DNA of 64,000 bases from Gloeobacterales cyanobacterium (GCA_038245785.1 JBBRSB010000001.1:32001-96000); one strand, 5' to 3'; numbered from the stretch's first letter, positions 19,407-30,478 are shown. A program made the numbers and translations. Notes: a model not told the origin generated them from the sequence alone.

Positions 19407-20756
19407 ATGACTCTTTCTTCCCGCCAAATGGCCTTGAATGTCTTACTGAAGCTGGATTTTGATACGGGAGTTTACATTAGTGAAGTATTAGATAGGCAAC
19501 TTAAGCAGAGTCTAACCAGTAGTCAAGAGCGGGGACTGGCTACAGAACTGGTGTACGGAGTAACGAGACAGAAACTGTTGCTCGACCATCTTATAGAGCA
19601 AGCTACCAAACGTACTACGGAGCAACAGTCTCCCGTTTTGTTAAATATTCTGCGTTTGGGCCTTTATCAACTAAGGTTTTTACCCTATATACCTGTTCAG
19701 GCCGTTGTCCATAGCGCAGTCGACCTGGCCAAAACGAACAAGCTGCAGCGCTTGAGTACGGTGGTGAATGGAGTCCTGCGAAACTACCTGCGTGAACAGG
19801 AAAAGTATGAGCAGACCAACTCTATGCAGGTAATCGGTTTACCGGAAGAGCCGAAGGCGAAACTTAGCATCCTCTATAGTTTTCCTCTGTGGATAGTGGA
19901 GTTGTGGTGGCAGCAGCTAGGTCCAGAAGGTTGTGAAAAACTCCTCAGTTGGTTTAATCGCACTCCCCATCTCGATCTGCGGGTGAATGGCTTGAGGACA
20001 GAACGCTCCCAGGTGCAGCAGGCGTTAGCTACTGTTGGAATCCGGTCTCAGGCCCTAGAAGGTCTACCTCACGGCCTGAGACTTTTAGACAGTCCTGGGG
20101 CAATAGAAACAATACCGGGCTATCGAGAAGGGCACTGGAGCATCCAGGATGGGGCCGCACAATGGGCGGTAATCGCTCTGGCTCCTCAGCCTGGTGAGCT
20201 TATCCTAGACCTCTGTGCCGCTCCAGGGGGGAAAACCACCTATATCGCAGAATTGATTGGCAATCAGGGCGCTGTCTACGCCTTTGACCGACACCGTGCT
20301 CGCCTGCGTCGATTGAGAGAAAATGTTGAGCGGTTGGGTGTTACGACCGTATCTATTCAACCAGCCATTGATATTTTGATGTGCGCAGAAACATTTCAAG
20401 CTGACCGAATTCTTGTAGATGCTCCCTGTTCCGGCTTGGGAACGCTGCACCGCCATCCCGATGCCCGATGGCGCAAACAATCCCAGCAACTTCAGCAGAC
20501 GGCAACACTCCAAGGCCAAATTTTGGAGAAAGCCACGACCTGGCTTAAACCCGGCGGCTTGATCGTCTACAGCACCTGCACGCTTAACTTCCAAGAGAAT
20601 GAGCAAGTGGTCGCAGACTTTCTCAAGATTCGTCCCGACTGGCAGCTAGAGGGGATTAGCGCAGGACCTTTCCTAGGACAAGGAGAATGTACGATTTGGC
20701 CCCATGAGTGGGATTTGGATGGGTTCTATATTGCTCGGTTACGTGCACCCCGTTAA
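19407..20756 (+). CDS. rsmB: 16S rRNA m5C967 methyltransferase
   Basis: NusB-like N-terminus, DLCAAPGGKT, DAPCSG, VYSTCT. Confidence 0.94.
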   Translation: MTLSSRQMALNVLLKLDFDTGVYISEVLDRQLKQSLTSSQERGLATELVYGVTRQKLLLDHLIEQATKRTTEQQSPVLLNILRLGLYQLRFLPYIPVQAVVHSAVDLAKTNKLQRLSTVVNGVLRNYLREQEKYEQTNSMQVIGLPEEPKAKLSILYSFPLWIVELWWQQLGPEGCEKLLSWFNRTPHLDLRVNGLRTERSQVQQALATVGIRSQALEGLPHGLRLLDSPGAIETIPGYREGHWSIQDGAAQWAVIALAPQPGELILDLCAAPGGKTTYIAELIGNQGAVYAFDRHRARLRRLRENVERLGVTTVSIQPAIDILMCAETFQADRILVDAPCSGLGTLHRHPDARWRKQSQQLQQTATLQGQILEKATTWLKPGGLIVYSTCTLNFQENEQVVADFLKIRPDWQLEGISAGPFLGQGECTIWPHEWDLDGFYIARLRAPR

Positions 20757-20762
20757 TCGTGA

Positions 20763-22055
20763 TTAGTCACGGGCAGCAACCGTGGCGACTGCAGGCTGAG
20801 GGACTAGTTCATCTACTTCCTGAGGCACTTTTCCATCAAGGAGAGAGCTTACGGTCATGTCTCCCATGACGTTGATCGAGGTGCGGCAGCGGTCTAGGAA
20901 CCAATCTACAGTCACTAAAAGGGCAATGTACTCTGTTGGTAGGCCGACTGAACTAAAGACCAAAGTCATGGTCACCAAGCCTGCTTCGGGAATCCCTGCG
21001 GCTCCGACAGAAGCAATGATCGAAGTAAGGATGACGATCACTTGCTGTTCCAGGGAAAGGTTTATCCCTAGGGCTTGGGCAATGAACAGAGCGGCCATCG
21101 CTTCATAGAGGGCCGTGCCATCATTGTTGAAATTGCTACCCACCAGTGAACCCAGAGAAGCTGAAGATTCACGCAGACCGACTTTTTCCTTTAAAACTCG
21201 GAAGGTGACTGGCATAGTGATGGTCGAGGATGCGGTTGAAAAAGCGGTGATTAAAGCATCGGCACCGCCGGATAAGAATCTAGGGATGCCGACCCAAGAA
21301 CCAAACTGGACTCGACTGAGGTAGTAGCAAGCTTGGCAAAAGAGGGCGAGAATAACGGCGAAAATGAAGGCTGCTAGCGCTTGAAAAGGGGCAAATCCTT
21401 GGGTGCCGACTGTCTTGGCTACAATCCCAAAGACGGCTATCGGAACAATCGTAATCAGCCAGGTCAGGATCTTCATCACCGTCTCCAACAGGATGGTGAT
21501 CACCTGTTCCACAGGCAGATAGTCCGTCTTTCCTTCCTTGACTTGTTTGGCTTTGATGCTCCGTAGCGCCACCCCAAAGGCCAGCGCCACCACAATCAGT
21601 TGAATAACATTGTTGTCTACCAGTGGTTGCGCCACGGCAGTAGGCACACTGTCCTGCAGCAGTCCCCAAGGGTCTAGTGATTTAGTAGCGGTCACTGCTG
21701 TCTGGGGAGCAGCCAATTGGCCCCATTTCCCTGGCTGGACTATATTGGCTACCGTTAAGCCAATCAGAATCGCTACTAGCGTATTGGTAAAAAGTAACAC
21801 GGCCAGACGGCGACCAGATTTCTCAGGAAGCTCTGCGGTCATGAAGACATGAAGTACCGCCAACAGAATCAGCGGAGTAGCCAGCGCTTTGAGGGCTTTG
21901 AGGATCAGGGCACAGGGAATGGCTAGATTATTAAGTAGCGTGGCATTCTCAGGAGTCGGCTGTCCTCCACCAAGCAGAGTCCCCACCGCAACTCCAAAAA
22001 GCAAGGCTATAAAAATTTGAATGTAGAGGGGAATGCGCTTTAAGAGAGCTGGCAT
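20763..22055 (-). CDS. Dicarboxylate/amino acid:cation symporter (DAACS)
   Basis: AFSTASS, NFNNDGTALY, GAAGIP, DWFLDRCRT. Confidence 0.93.
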   Translation of the reverse strand: MPALLKRIPLYIQIFIALLFGVAVGTLLGGGQPTPENATLLNNLAIPCALILKALKALATPLILLAVLHVFMTAELPEKSGRRLAVLLFTNTLVAILIGLTVANIVQPGKWGQLAAPQTAVTATKSLDPWGLLQDSVPTAVAQPLVDNNVIQLIVVALAFGVALRSIKAKQVKEGKTDYLPVEQVITILLETVMKILTWLITIVPIAVFGIVAKTVGTQGFAPFQALAAFIFAVILALFCQACYYLSRVQFGSWVGIPRFLSGGADALITAFSTASSTITMPVTFRVLKEKVGLRESSASLGSLVGSNFNNDGTALYEAMAALFIAQALGINLSLEQQVIVILTSIIASVGAAGIPEAGLVTMTLVFSSVGLPTEYIALLVTVDWFLDRCRTSINVMGDMTVSSLLDGKVPQEVDELVPQPAVATVAARD

Positions 22056-22153
22056 GGATTTGGTCCCCGAAACAAGAAGCTTAAGCTCCTAGTGTATACA
22101 TCGCAATAATAGTGTTTGTGATAAGACAAGGATGTTTTCGGGAAGACGTCTAT

Positions 22154-23257
22154 ATGTCTCGCTCTGTTCTCTATGTGGCCATCACCAATCACGGATTTGG
22201 TCATGCTACCCGGATATCCTCTGTAGTAGAAGTTATTCAACGGCTCTATCCAAACATCGAAATTATTGTGGCAACGAAGGCTCCCCGCTGGTTGTTGGAA
22301 TCCTATATCCCCGGTGATTTTCTCTATCATCCCTCTGTCCTTGATGTGGGAGTTATCCAAAGTGATAGCTTAACCATGGACAAAGCAGCAACCCTTGCTC
22401 AGCTGCATCAAATTCGAACCCAAGCGCCAACCCTGATTGCAGAGGAAGTTGATTTTATTCAGCAGCATAAAGTGGGACTGATTCTGGCAGATATTCCACC
22501 TTTGGCTACGCTCGTGGCGGAAGCAGCAGGGATTCCTTGCTGGATGAGCAGTAATTTTGGCTGGGATTTTATCTATCGGGATTGGGGCGGGGAATTTATA
22601 GAAATAGCCGATTGGATTGGGGATTGCTTTAGTCGCTGTGACCAGCTGTTCCGGCCCCCTTTCCATGAGTCAATGAGCCGCTTTCCGGTAATTACGGATG
22701 TTGGTCTAATCGGCGGTTCTCCTCGCCATAACCTACAGGAGCTTAAGGAAAAGTTTGACCTCAAGGTAGAACGTGACCGGATAGTCTTGCTAACCTTTGG
22801 GGGGCTTGGGCTTGACCAGATTCCCTATGGCAATCTAGTTCAATTTCCTGATTGGCAATTTATTACCTTTGACCAGAAAGCGCCTGACTTGCCCAATCTG
22901 CTTACGATAAACCGGGATGGACATTCCTATCGGCCCGTGGACTTTATGCCTTTATGTGGACGGATCATCTCGAAGCCAGGGTATGGCACTTTTGCAGAAG
23001 CTTGTCGGGTAGGCGTACCGATTGTTTCAGTGACCAGAGATGATTTTTCAGAGGCGGCCCTATTGATCGAAGGAATCCGAGACTATGCTCAACACCAAGT
23101 GCTCACCCCCCTTGAGTTCACTCAAGGTACTTGGGAATTTCTCAATCAAGCTCCTCAGCCTCCCCGCCAGAGCCAGTCCCTCGCCTTAGATGGGAATGAA
23201 GTGATTGCCCATGCTATCGGCCAGTACTTTCAAAGGAAACAGGAGCTCCTATGCTGA
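22154..23257 (+). CDS. GT-B fold glycosyltransferase-like protein
   Basis: HGFGHATR, SNFGWDFIY, ISKPGYGTFAEA. Confidence 0.8.
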   Translation: MSRSVLYVAITNHGFGHATRISSVVEVIQRLYPNIEIIVATKAPRWLLESYIPGDFLYHPSVLDVGVIQSDSLTMDKAATLAQLHQIRTQAPTLIAEEVDFIQQHKVGLILADIPPLATLVAEAAGIPCWMSSNFGWDFIYRDWGGEFIEIADWIGDCFSRCDQLFRPPFHESMSRFPVITDVGLIGGSPRHNLQELKEKFDLKVERDRIVLLTFGGLGLDQIPYGNLVQFPDWQFITFDQKAPDLPNLLTINRDGHSYRPVDFMPLCGRIISKPGYGTFAEACRVGVPIVSVTRDDFSEAALLIEGIRDYAQHQVLTPLEFTQGTWEFLNQAPQPPRQSQSLALDGNEVIAHAIGQYFQRKQELLC

Positions 23258-23616
23258 TCCAAAAACTCAACAGGTGCACAGAATTTACCGCCGGAGATAA
23301 CACCTCGCTGCGAGAGTTATTGCATCCTGACAAACAACTGCTAGACCTGCGTTATAGCTTGGCCCATGCCACCGTTGAGGTAGGACAGACTTCTACGCTC
23401 CACGCCCTAAAAACTTCTGAGGTCTATTACATTCTGCAAGGAATTGGGGAAATATATATAGACGACGAAGTAGAGGAAGTAGAACTAGGAGATACGATTT
23501 ATATTCCACCTGGTGCCAAACAATGCATTGCGAACAGGGGCACAGAACCCTTGATTTTCCTGTGTATTGTTGATCCCGCTTGGCGTTTGAAAGATGAAAT
23601 TATCTTTAAGGAGTGA
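23251..23616 (+). CDS. Cupin domain protein
   Basis: HALKTSEVYYILQG..GDTIYIPPG; overlaps the upstream gene. Confidence 0.85.
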   Translation: MLIQKLNRCTEFTAGDNTSLRELLHPDKQLLDLRYSLAHATVEVGQTSTLHALKTSEVYYILQGIGEIYIDDEVEEVELGDTIYIPPGAKQCIANRGTEPLIFLCIVDPAWRLKDEIIFKE

Positions 23617-23786
23617 CACAAATGTTTCCCTGTATACCAAGTTATCGTGGTTAGTACGTGAATCTCCGTAATTCTTCTCAAACTGGAATGTGCTGTCCTG
23701 CTGTAAACTTGAGTGGCATTCCTGAGCATTCCTGTTCCTCTCAAGAAATTGCGCCCGATAGGGTTCTCTTGGCAGGTTAATTTGTT

Positions 23787-24875
23787 ATGGATAAACAGCT
23801 AGTCGCCATGCAACAGATAGCCAAAGACTTCTACAGCATTCTCGATATTCCTCCTAACACCAGCAAAGAGGAAATTAGGCAAGCTTATTTACGCCTGGCA
23901 CGCAGATATCACCCAGATGTGAATAGTGACCCCCGCTCTCGAGAGCGGTTTGAAGAGGTCAATCAGGCCTACAGTATCCTTTCCGATGACGAGGCGCGTA
24001 TCTTCTATGACCTTTATCGGGAAGGGGCTGACGAACTAGACGGTGCCGAAGACCAAGTCTCCTATGATTATCAAGCTCCACCGCAGTCTTGGTGGCAGCG
24101 GAACTCCTCAACCTTGGGTGTCGGTTTGGCTGTGTCTTGTATGCTGGCTGCCTACGGAGTAGTGCTCTATCTGCCAAACATTCAGAACACTCAGATCTTT
24201 CCTTCATGGATCGAGTCTGGAGTGATCAAACAGATAGTGTCGGTGATCTCAAAACACGACGTTAAAGCCTCCGACAATGATAGTAGTAAGCTGGAAAAGT
24301 CTAAGAACAATCCACAACTGACGACACAGCAACCTGCAGATGCTGTTTTGCAACCTGAGACTTCATCCGTATCTGAGAAACAACCTGCGACGGTAGAACA
24401 ATCCAAACTCCCTGTAGCGAAGCCTCCTAGTACTAGTTCTGGGGTGTCAGAACCAGCTAAGCCTAAAGTTATAGACCAGGTCGTACCGCCAAATATTTTT
24501 GGGACTGTTGCTCTCCAACCGGTACCTTCTCTACAAACAGTAGCGCCCTCTTCTGCTTCAAATGAAGTACTGACGACGATAGAGACTCCAGCACGGGCTT
24601 ATGAGTTGCTGGCCTACTATGCATTGGTAGTGGGGGATCTCAACCAATTCAAGAAGGCTCTAGGTTCGGCTCACCGTGAGAATGCTTCCTTCAGTCAAAT
24701 AAACTCTTTGATCCTCTTTCTCCAGCAGTTAGAGACTAGGAATACTTCTCTGGAAAACACCTTGCAATCTTTGCGCCGCCGGGTTATACGCGAGGATGCT
24801 ACTCGGCTGACACCCTTACAGCTTGATTCTTTGAAGAAGCAGATGGAGAACTGGCAAAGCTCAGAGAATTCTTAG
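23787..24875 (+). CDS. DnaJ-domain membrane protein
   Basis: J domain with HPD (RYHPDVN), one TM segment, low-complexity linker. Confidence 0.82.
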   Translation: MDKQLVAMQQIAKDFYSILDIPPNTSKEEIRQAYLRLARRYHPDVNSDPRSRERFEEVNQAYSILSDDEARIFYDLYREGADELDGAEDQVSYDYQAPPQSWWQRNSSTLGVGLAVSCMLAAYGVVLYLPNIQNTQIFPSWIESGVIKQIVSVISKHDVKASDNDSSKLEKSKNNPQLTTQQPADAVLQPETSSVSEKQPATVEQSKLPVAKPPSTSSGVSEPAKPKVIDQVVPPNIFGTVALQPVPSLQTVAPSSASNEVLTTIETPARAYELLAYYALVVGDLNQFKKALGSAHRENASFSQINSLILFLQQLETRNTSLENTLQSLRRRVIREDATRLTPLQLDSLKKQMENWQSSENS

Positions 24876-27281
24876 AGGATCTACATCCACATGGATACGT
24901 ACTCTAGGATGTCCTTGAAATAAGGTGAGGGCCTGGGCTATTTGCTGATAGCCTTCGTGATATCCGTTTGCCGTATCTGGATTTTTGAGTAGAAGCTGCC
25001 AGCGGTATTGGTTTTTGACTTTTTCGATGGTGCAGGGAGCCGGACCTAACTGTTCGATTTTCACTGTCTGTTGGTGTAGATGTAGGGCTAAGGATTCGGC
25101 GCAGGCAATGACCTCTGCTTCTAGCGTTCCCTGAAAATGAATACACACCAGTTGCACAAAGGGTGGATAGCCAAAAGAGCGACGTTCTTCCAACTCTTTT
25201 TGAATAAACGGTTCATAGGCATGGCTTTGAACAGCCTGAATAACGGGATGGTCAGGACTGTAGGTTTGCAGAATCACGCGACCGGGTTTATCGCCTCGTC
25301 CCGCCCGCCCAGCTACTTGCAGAAGGGTTTGAAAGGCTCGTTCTGAAGCCCGGAAATCGGGAAGGTTCAAAATACCATCGGCTACCAGAATGCCTACAAT
25401 CGTGACTTCAGGGAGGTCTAGCCCTTTAGTCAGCATTTGGGTCCCGATCAAGACCTGTGCTTCTCCCCGTTGAAATTGATCGATAATCCGCCGATGGGAA
25501 CCCTTGCGCGTGGTAGTGTCCCGGTCATAGCGAAGAGAGATGAGTTCGGGAAAAAGTCGGCTGAGGTCTTCTTCAATGCGCTGGGTGCCGGAGCCAAAAT
25601 ATTTGAGATAGGGAGAACTGCACACAGGGCACTGTTCCGGCTGCATGGCACTGTGATTGCAATAGTGACAACGCAGTCGTTCCCCTGCTTGATGGTAGGT
25701 AAGGGAAACGGCACAGTGGGGACAGGTGATGGTGTAGCCACAGCTGCGACACATGACGAAGGTGCTGTAGCCTCTGCGGTTCAGGAAGAGAATTCCCTGT
25801 TCTTTGCTCGTTGGCAGTTCGGAGAGGATGTGTTGCAGGAGGCGACTAAAGGGACTAAAATTTCCATCTGCCAGTTCTTCGCGCATGTCTACCACCTCGA
25901 CCACGGGCATCGGACGCCCTTCTACCCTTTCGGGTAAGGCACAGTAGGAAGGGCTAGAGGGTTCATATTGGGCGAAGGTTTCTATTGCTGGAGTTGCGGA
26001 ACCTAAGATCAGGGGGACTTGTTCCAGTTGAGAACGCCATTGCGCCACAGTCCGGGCGTGGTAGCAAGGCTGGGGCTGGTCCTGCTTATAGGAGCCATCG
26101 TGTTCTTCGTCGAGGATAATCAGCCCTAAGTTTTGCAAAGGAGCAAATACCGCCGAACGAGTGCCCACTACAACCTGGGGTTCAGCAGTAAGCATCTGTC
26201 TCCAAGTGTCATAGCGCTCTCCATCGGACAGGGCCGAATGGTAAACCCTGACTTTGCCAGGGAAACGGGCTTCAAAGCGGTCCGTGAGCTGGGGCGTTAG
26301 ACCAATCTCTGGCACTAGGACCAAGGCGGAGTATCCCTGTTCTAGAACGGGAGCAATCGTCTGGAGATAAACTTCGGTCTTACCAGAACCTGTGACTCCG
26401 TGCAAGAGCGCTTGGAGATGGGACGGAGGTTTTTCAAAAAGGGCCTGGATCCTCTCTAGGGCCTTTTGTTGATGAATAGTTAGCGTCTTGGGGCGGTCAG
26501 TCTGGACGCCCACTCCTCCCAAAAAGCGGAGGACTTCCCGTTCTTCTAGCGTGACCCTACCTAGCTTAGCCAGAGTCTGGAGCGTGCCCGTCGTGGTCCG
26601 GGCTTTGGTCAGCGCTTCCTGGACAGGGAGGCTGCCACCTAGGGCTTCCAGCACATTCAGGACTTCTCGTTGGCGTGCCGTTAAACCGTCTGAGTGGACA
26701 GACACTAGAGTAACGAACTTTTGGCGTTTAGGTTTGGCCGTGTTCGTCTCTAGAAAAAAGCTTTCTACCCAGCCTAGTTTTTGTAGTTCCCGCAGGCCAG
26801 TCGCCGCTTGGGGCACTTTGCGCTGGAGGGCAAGTATCGCCAAATCGGGTGATTTTTCCAGGATTGTTAAAACGGCACGCGCTTTCGGACTGAGAGGAGG
26901 AGCAAATAGAGTGGCTTGGTGGGTAGAACGTTTTTCAACTGGAATCAAGCGGACACGGCGCTGAATACGGGTAAGGACGCCAGGAGGGAGTACCGTTTCT
27001 AAGACTTTGGAAAGGGGGGTTAAATAGTAGTCAGCTACCCGAATCAATAGATTCCAATAGCCTTCTGGAAAAAAAGTAGGACTGATCAGTTCCAGCACAT
27101 CGCGGGTTTTATCCGTCTCACAGTCAGCTTCTCGGATTCGGGTGCAAAATCCATGCACGACTCTGGGGCCAAAAGGAACGGCTACCACTGCTCCCACGGT
27201 GAGGGTTATAGCTTCTGGTACGCGGTAGGTATAGGTTTTATTTCCCGCTATCGGCAGGTCTACTAGGACATCGATCAGCAT
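24861..27281 (-). CDS. priA: Primosomal protein N'
   Basis: GVTGSGKT, DEEHD, two zinc-finger CxxC pairs, QVAGRAGR, DVDP C-terminus. Confidence 0.97.
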   Translation of the reverse strand: MLIDVLVDLPIAGNKTYTYRVPEAITLTVGAVVAVPFGPRVVHGFCTRIREADCETDKTRDVLELISPTFFPEGYWNLLIRVADYYLTPLSKVLETVLPPGVLTRIQRRVRLIPVEKRSTHQATLFAPPLSPKARAVLTILEKSPDLAILALQRKVPQAATGLRELQKLGWVESFFLETNTAKPKRQKFVTLVSVHSDGLTARQREVLNVLEALGGSLPVQEALTKARTTTGTLQTLAKLGRVTLEEREVLRFLGGVGVQTDRPKTLTIHQQKALERIQALFEKPPSHLQALLHGVTGSGKTEVYLQTIAPVLEQGYSALVLVPEIGLTPQLTDRFEARFPGKVRVYHSALSDGERYDTWRQMLTAEPQVVVGTRSAVFAPLQNLGLIILDEEHDGSYKQDQPQPCYHARTVAQWRSQLEQVPLILGSATPAIETFAQYEPSSPSYCALPERVEGRPMPVVEVVDMREELADGNFSPFSRLLQHILSELPTSKEQGILFLNRRGYSTFVMCRSCGYTITCPHCAVSLTYHQAGERLRCHYCNHSAMQPEQCPVCSSPYLKYFGSGTQRIEEDLSRLFPELISLRYDRDTTTRKGSHRRIIDQFQRGEAQVLIGTQMLTKGLDLPEVTIVGILVADGILNLPDFRASERAFQTLLQVAGRAGRGDKPGRVILQTYSPDHPVIQAVQSHAYEPFIQKELEERRSFGYPPFVQLVCIHFQGTLEAEVIACAESLALHLHQQTVKIEQLGPAPCTIEKVKNQYRWQLLLKNPDTANGYHEGYQQIAQALTLFQGHPRVRIHVDVDPLRIL

Positions 27282-27694
27282 TGGTTTGCGCAGACTAAGA
27301 GGCGATTGTACCCCACGAACAGAGGCTTCATTTTTTGTAGCTTACTCGTCTGTATCTGCGCTGAGCCCATAACTTCGTGTGCCAGTCTGAAAACTGGGCC
27401 AAGCTGGGCCATACGGGCTGGCTCTGAATTTTAAACTGCTTAGCATCAGGAACAGCAAAGTTCCTGTCCATTCTAAGAGTTTCGGTATGCTTCATTTCTG
27501 TGAATTCTTTAACGTCAATCTGGAGAACATTGACTGCGCTTCTTACCTTTCTCTCATGGCCTTGCCCTACATGGTCGCTATTGTGTCCGTTGCCTTCATC
27601 ATCGAATGCTCAAAATTAAAAGCTTGAGCGATCATCTCCAAAAAATCTCAAAATTCACAGGATAATTATGCTGCTTACCATAGCAAATTTCTCG

Positions 27695-28669
27695 ATGAAA
27701 TCTCTATTCCAGATCCAGTCAGATAGTGAAATTCCAGCCTCTACCCAACTATTGAATCAAATTAGTTTTGCCATTGCTTCCCGCCAATTTTTACCCGGAC
27801 ATCAGCTGCCGAGTACACGACAGCTTGCGATGCAGACAGGTTTACATCGCAATACGATCAGCAAAGTCTATCGTCAGCTAGAAGAATTAGGTTTAGTCGA
27901 AGCGCAAGCAGGTTCTGGAATTTATGTGCGTACCCTAGGGCAAGAGGCTAGAGAACGGCTGGCCCACTTCAATCAGTACCCCCAAGCCTGTGAACTGGTG
28001 CAGAAAAGCCTTGATAAATTGCTCAGTCAAGGTTGTTCTTTGAGTCAAGCGCGTGAACTTTTCTTAGCAGAAATTGAGTGGCGGCTGCGCTGTAGTCTAG
28101 TCGTTTATGTCACCGCTCCTCTGCAGGACTTAGGCGTAGGTGAACTGATGCGCCAAGAATTGGAACGCGCTTTAAATATTCCGGTGCAACTGGTTCCCCT
28201 TGAGCAATTAGGGCAGGTCCTTGAACAAGGTTCCGGTACTGTGGTCACCAATCGCTATTTCGCCGAACAGACAGAAGTGATCACTGCAGCCCATGCTGCA
28301 CGGGTAATTCCTGTAGATATCAATCAATTTGCGCAAGAGCTACAGTTGGTTAAAACCATGCCCAAGGATAGTTGTCTGGGCGTAGTTAGCCTCAGCTCTG
28401 GAATTTTGCGGGTGGTAGAAGTGATCTGCCATAGTATTCGGGGAGAAGAGATTCTAGTACTTACGGCTCAATTGGAAGACGATGCAAAACTGCGGTCTGT
28501 TATTCGCAGTGCCCACACGATCATCTGTGAACGAGCGATCTTAGATAGGCTTAAGGCCGCTATTCACCAGATGCGTGAAGACTTGGTTCGTGTGCCTCAA
28601 GTCCTCTGCTCCGAAAGCTATATCAACACTGAGTCAATGGATTTACTCAAGCGTCAATTGGGCTTTTAG
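27695..28669 (+). CDS. plmA: Cyanobacterial GntR-family regulator PlmA
   Basis: FQIQSDSEIPASTQL, LPSTRQLAMQTGLHRNTISKVY; alternative start 27668. Confidence 0.85.
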   Translation: MKSLFQIQSDSEIPASTQLLNQISFAIASRQFLPGHQLPSTRQLAMQTGLHRNTISKVYRQLEELGLVEAQAGSGIYVRTLGQEARERLAHFNQYPQACELVQKSLDKLLSQGCSLSQARELFLAEIEWRLRCSLVVYVTAPLQDLGVGELMRQELERALNIPVQLVPLEQLGQVLEQGSGTVVTNRYFAEQTEVITAAHAARVIPVDINQFAQELQLVKTMPKDSCLGVVSLSSGILRVVEVICHSIRGEEILVLTAQLEDDAKLRSVIRSAHTIICERAILDRLKAAIHQMREDLVRVPQVLCSESYINTESMDLLKRQLGF

Positions 28670-29574
28670 CAACCCGCAATACTATCTAGAATCAGTTTTT
28701 TTAGAGCTTGCTCATCCCTTATCTTGACTATATAGCTAGAAGATGAAGCGTCGGGTTCCCAGAGAATTCTGCCTCGTTCTTCGATCGGGTTTTCAAGAAC
28801 AGCGGTAACTTTTATAGCTTCTGCGTCAAAGGGTATTTGTCTCAAAAATAGAGCAGCGGCAATCACGTCATGACAGTAGATTCCATTAAATCCATCCACT
28901 TCTTGATGGAATTGGCTGTAAAACTCAATGCAGTGTTTGACGATGGCCCCGAAAGGCGTATTGCTATAAACAAATTCAGCCAACAAAAATTCTAGGGCTT
29001 CGGTCAGGTCTAGTCCGACTAAATAGGTTTTCAGGCCCAACTGCAAAAATTCATAAAAAGCCGCAGGATCTTGATAAACGTTGAATTCTGCATAGGCATT
29101 GATATTGCCAGGAGTGCGGAAAGTTCCGCCCATGACCCAGACTTCTTGAACCTGTTCTCGCAGGTGTGGATAGGTAGCAAAGAAGCGATAGGCATCGGAA
29201 AGGGGCGATAGGACCAACACCCTTATCTGAGATTTGAGGTCAGTTAGTTCCTGCGCTAGTGTTTCTAAGCTGTCTAACGCCTTATGCCCTTCAGCAGGCA
29301 CAGGAAGCCCTGCTAGACCATTTTCTCCGTGGACGGAGGCTGCTGTCTCTAGGGGTGCTTCGGACACAAAACCACCAGACCCCAGATAGCCTTTTAAGTG
29401 TGGCGCCTTCCACAGGGAGAGGAGATACTGTAAGTTATCCCCTACGTTTTCCAAAGACACATTGCCGGCAGAAGCAACTACATAAGCTTCTTGATCATCG
29501 CTTTTGGCCCTTGCATAGTGGCCAAGCGCCAAAAAGTCGTCGATGCCTGGGTCAGTAAATATTAGGTCTGTCAT
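28666..29574 (-). CDS. Nucleoside hydrolase (IU-NH family)
   Basis: TDPGIDD, AGNV, VHGENGL, MGG, AEFNVYQDP, CHD. Confidence 0.88.
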   Translation of the reverse strand: MTDLIFTDPGIDDFLALGHYARAKSDDQEAYVVASAGNVSLENVGDNLQYLLSLWKAPHLKGYLGSGGFVSEAPLETAASVHGENGLAGLPVPAEGHKALDSLETLAQELTDLKSQIRVLVLSPLSDAYRFFATYPHLREQVQEVWVMGGTFRTPGNINAYAEFNVYQDPAAFYEFLQLGLKTYLVGLDLTEALEFLLAEFVYSNTPFGAIVKHCIEFYSQFHQEVDGFNGIYCHDVIAAALFLRQIPFDAEAIKVTAVLENPIEERGRILWEPDASSSSYIVKIRDEQALKKLILDSIAGC

Positions 29575-29588
29575 AGTATCAAAAGCAT

Positions 29589-30092
29589 ATGCTCCCCAAC
29601 AAACAAGCCAGCATACCGATTCCCAAAGAACAACGACCGATCAATGAGTATCAAGAGCTCTGCGATTCGTTCTTTTTCCGCTGGGCCACCATAGAACCCC
29701 GCAGATATATTATCGGTCTTGTCGCAGTATGGAGTGGAGCTTGGCTGATTGCTGGCCCCGTGGCAGCTTTTAGCTTCGAACCGACCACATCTCCTTTTTT
29801 GTTCTTTTTAGCCGGGGCAGCCGGAGCAGGCTTAGCACTTTCCCTGGTCATGGCCCGTCTGTACTTGGGTTGGTTCCATGTATACGACCGTTTAGTCAGT
29901 GCCAGAGTTAGCTATGAGGAAACAGGCGGACACGATGGCAGCTATTGGAAGAAACCAGCGGAAGAACTAGCAAAAGACCGTTTACTGGTCCAATACCGAG
30001 TTTTTCCCGTAATTCAGAGGCTTAGGCGTACGCTCGCAGTAGTCGCCTTTTTAGGATGCTTCGACGCAGTGGCTTGGTGGTGGTTACTTTAG
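29589..30092 (+). CDS. CGLD27/Ycf36 (DUF1230) family protein
   Basis: PKEQRPINEY, RLYLGW, YEETG, KDRL. Confidence 0.88.
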   Translation: MLPNKQASIPIPKEQRPINEYQELCDSFFFRWATIEPRRYIIGLVAVWSGAWLIAGPVAAFSFEPTTSPFLFFLAGAAGAGLALSLVMARLYLGWFHVYDRLVSARVSYEETGGHDGSYWKKPAEELAKDRLLVQYRVFPVIQRLRRTLAVVAFLGCFDAVAWWWLL

Positions 30093-30478
30093 GACCGAGA
30101 TTGCTCTAAGTGACTCGGCTGCATCTCTTGATAACTGGGTTGAATTTCTTGTATCGGGCAGAGGTTGCAGGATGGGGGCGCTAGGACAACATCTTGCGGA
30201 GTGGGGATAGGGTCTGCACAACGGACACAATAGTCAAACTCGAACCGTGAATGGATGAGCTGAGCGAAGGAATGGGCATCTCCTTCAATGTAGAGATTGA
30301 GAAACTCTCCACTACTGATCAGCCGTTCAATAAAGTTATTAAACTCATCGGTATAGTTTCCTCGCCCGTCGTATACCGAACGTGAGAAAGCAAGGGTCTT
30401 CCCCTTCTCACTGATCAAACATCGACCTCGGTTGACGTGATGAGCAATGTAATGTTTCAGGTCGTAGAAACTAGCCAA
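30089..30478 (-). CDS. Hypothetical protein with two CxxC motifs
   Basis: Likely TTG start (MASFYDLKHYIAH); LYIEG..CVRCADPIP..CNLC resembles a conserved cyanobacterial hypothetical family. Confidence 0.6.
   Translation of the reverse strand: MASFYDLKHYIAHHVNRGRCLISEKGKTLAFSRSVYDGRGNYTDEFNNFIERLISSGEFLNLYIEGDAHSFAQLIHSRFEFDYCVRCADPIPTPQDVVLAPPSCNLCPIQEIQPSYQEMQPSHLEQSRS

Noticed and set aside
27395..27425. Short CTGGGCCA repeats between priA and plmA
   Set aside because: Two 8-mers only; could be chance
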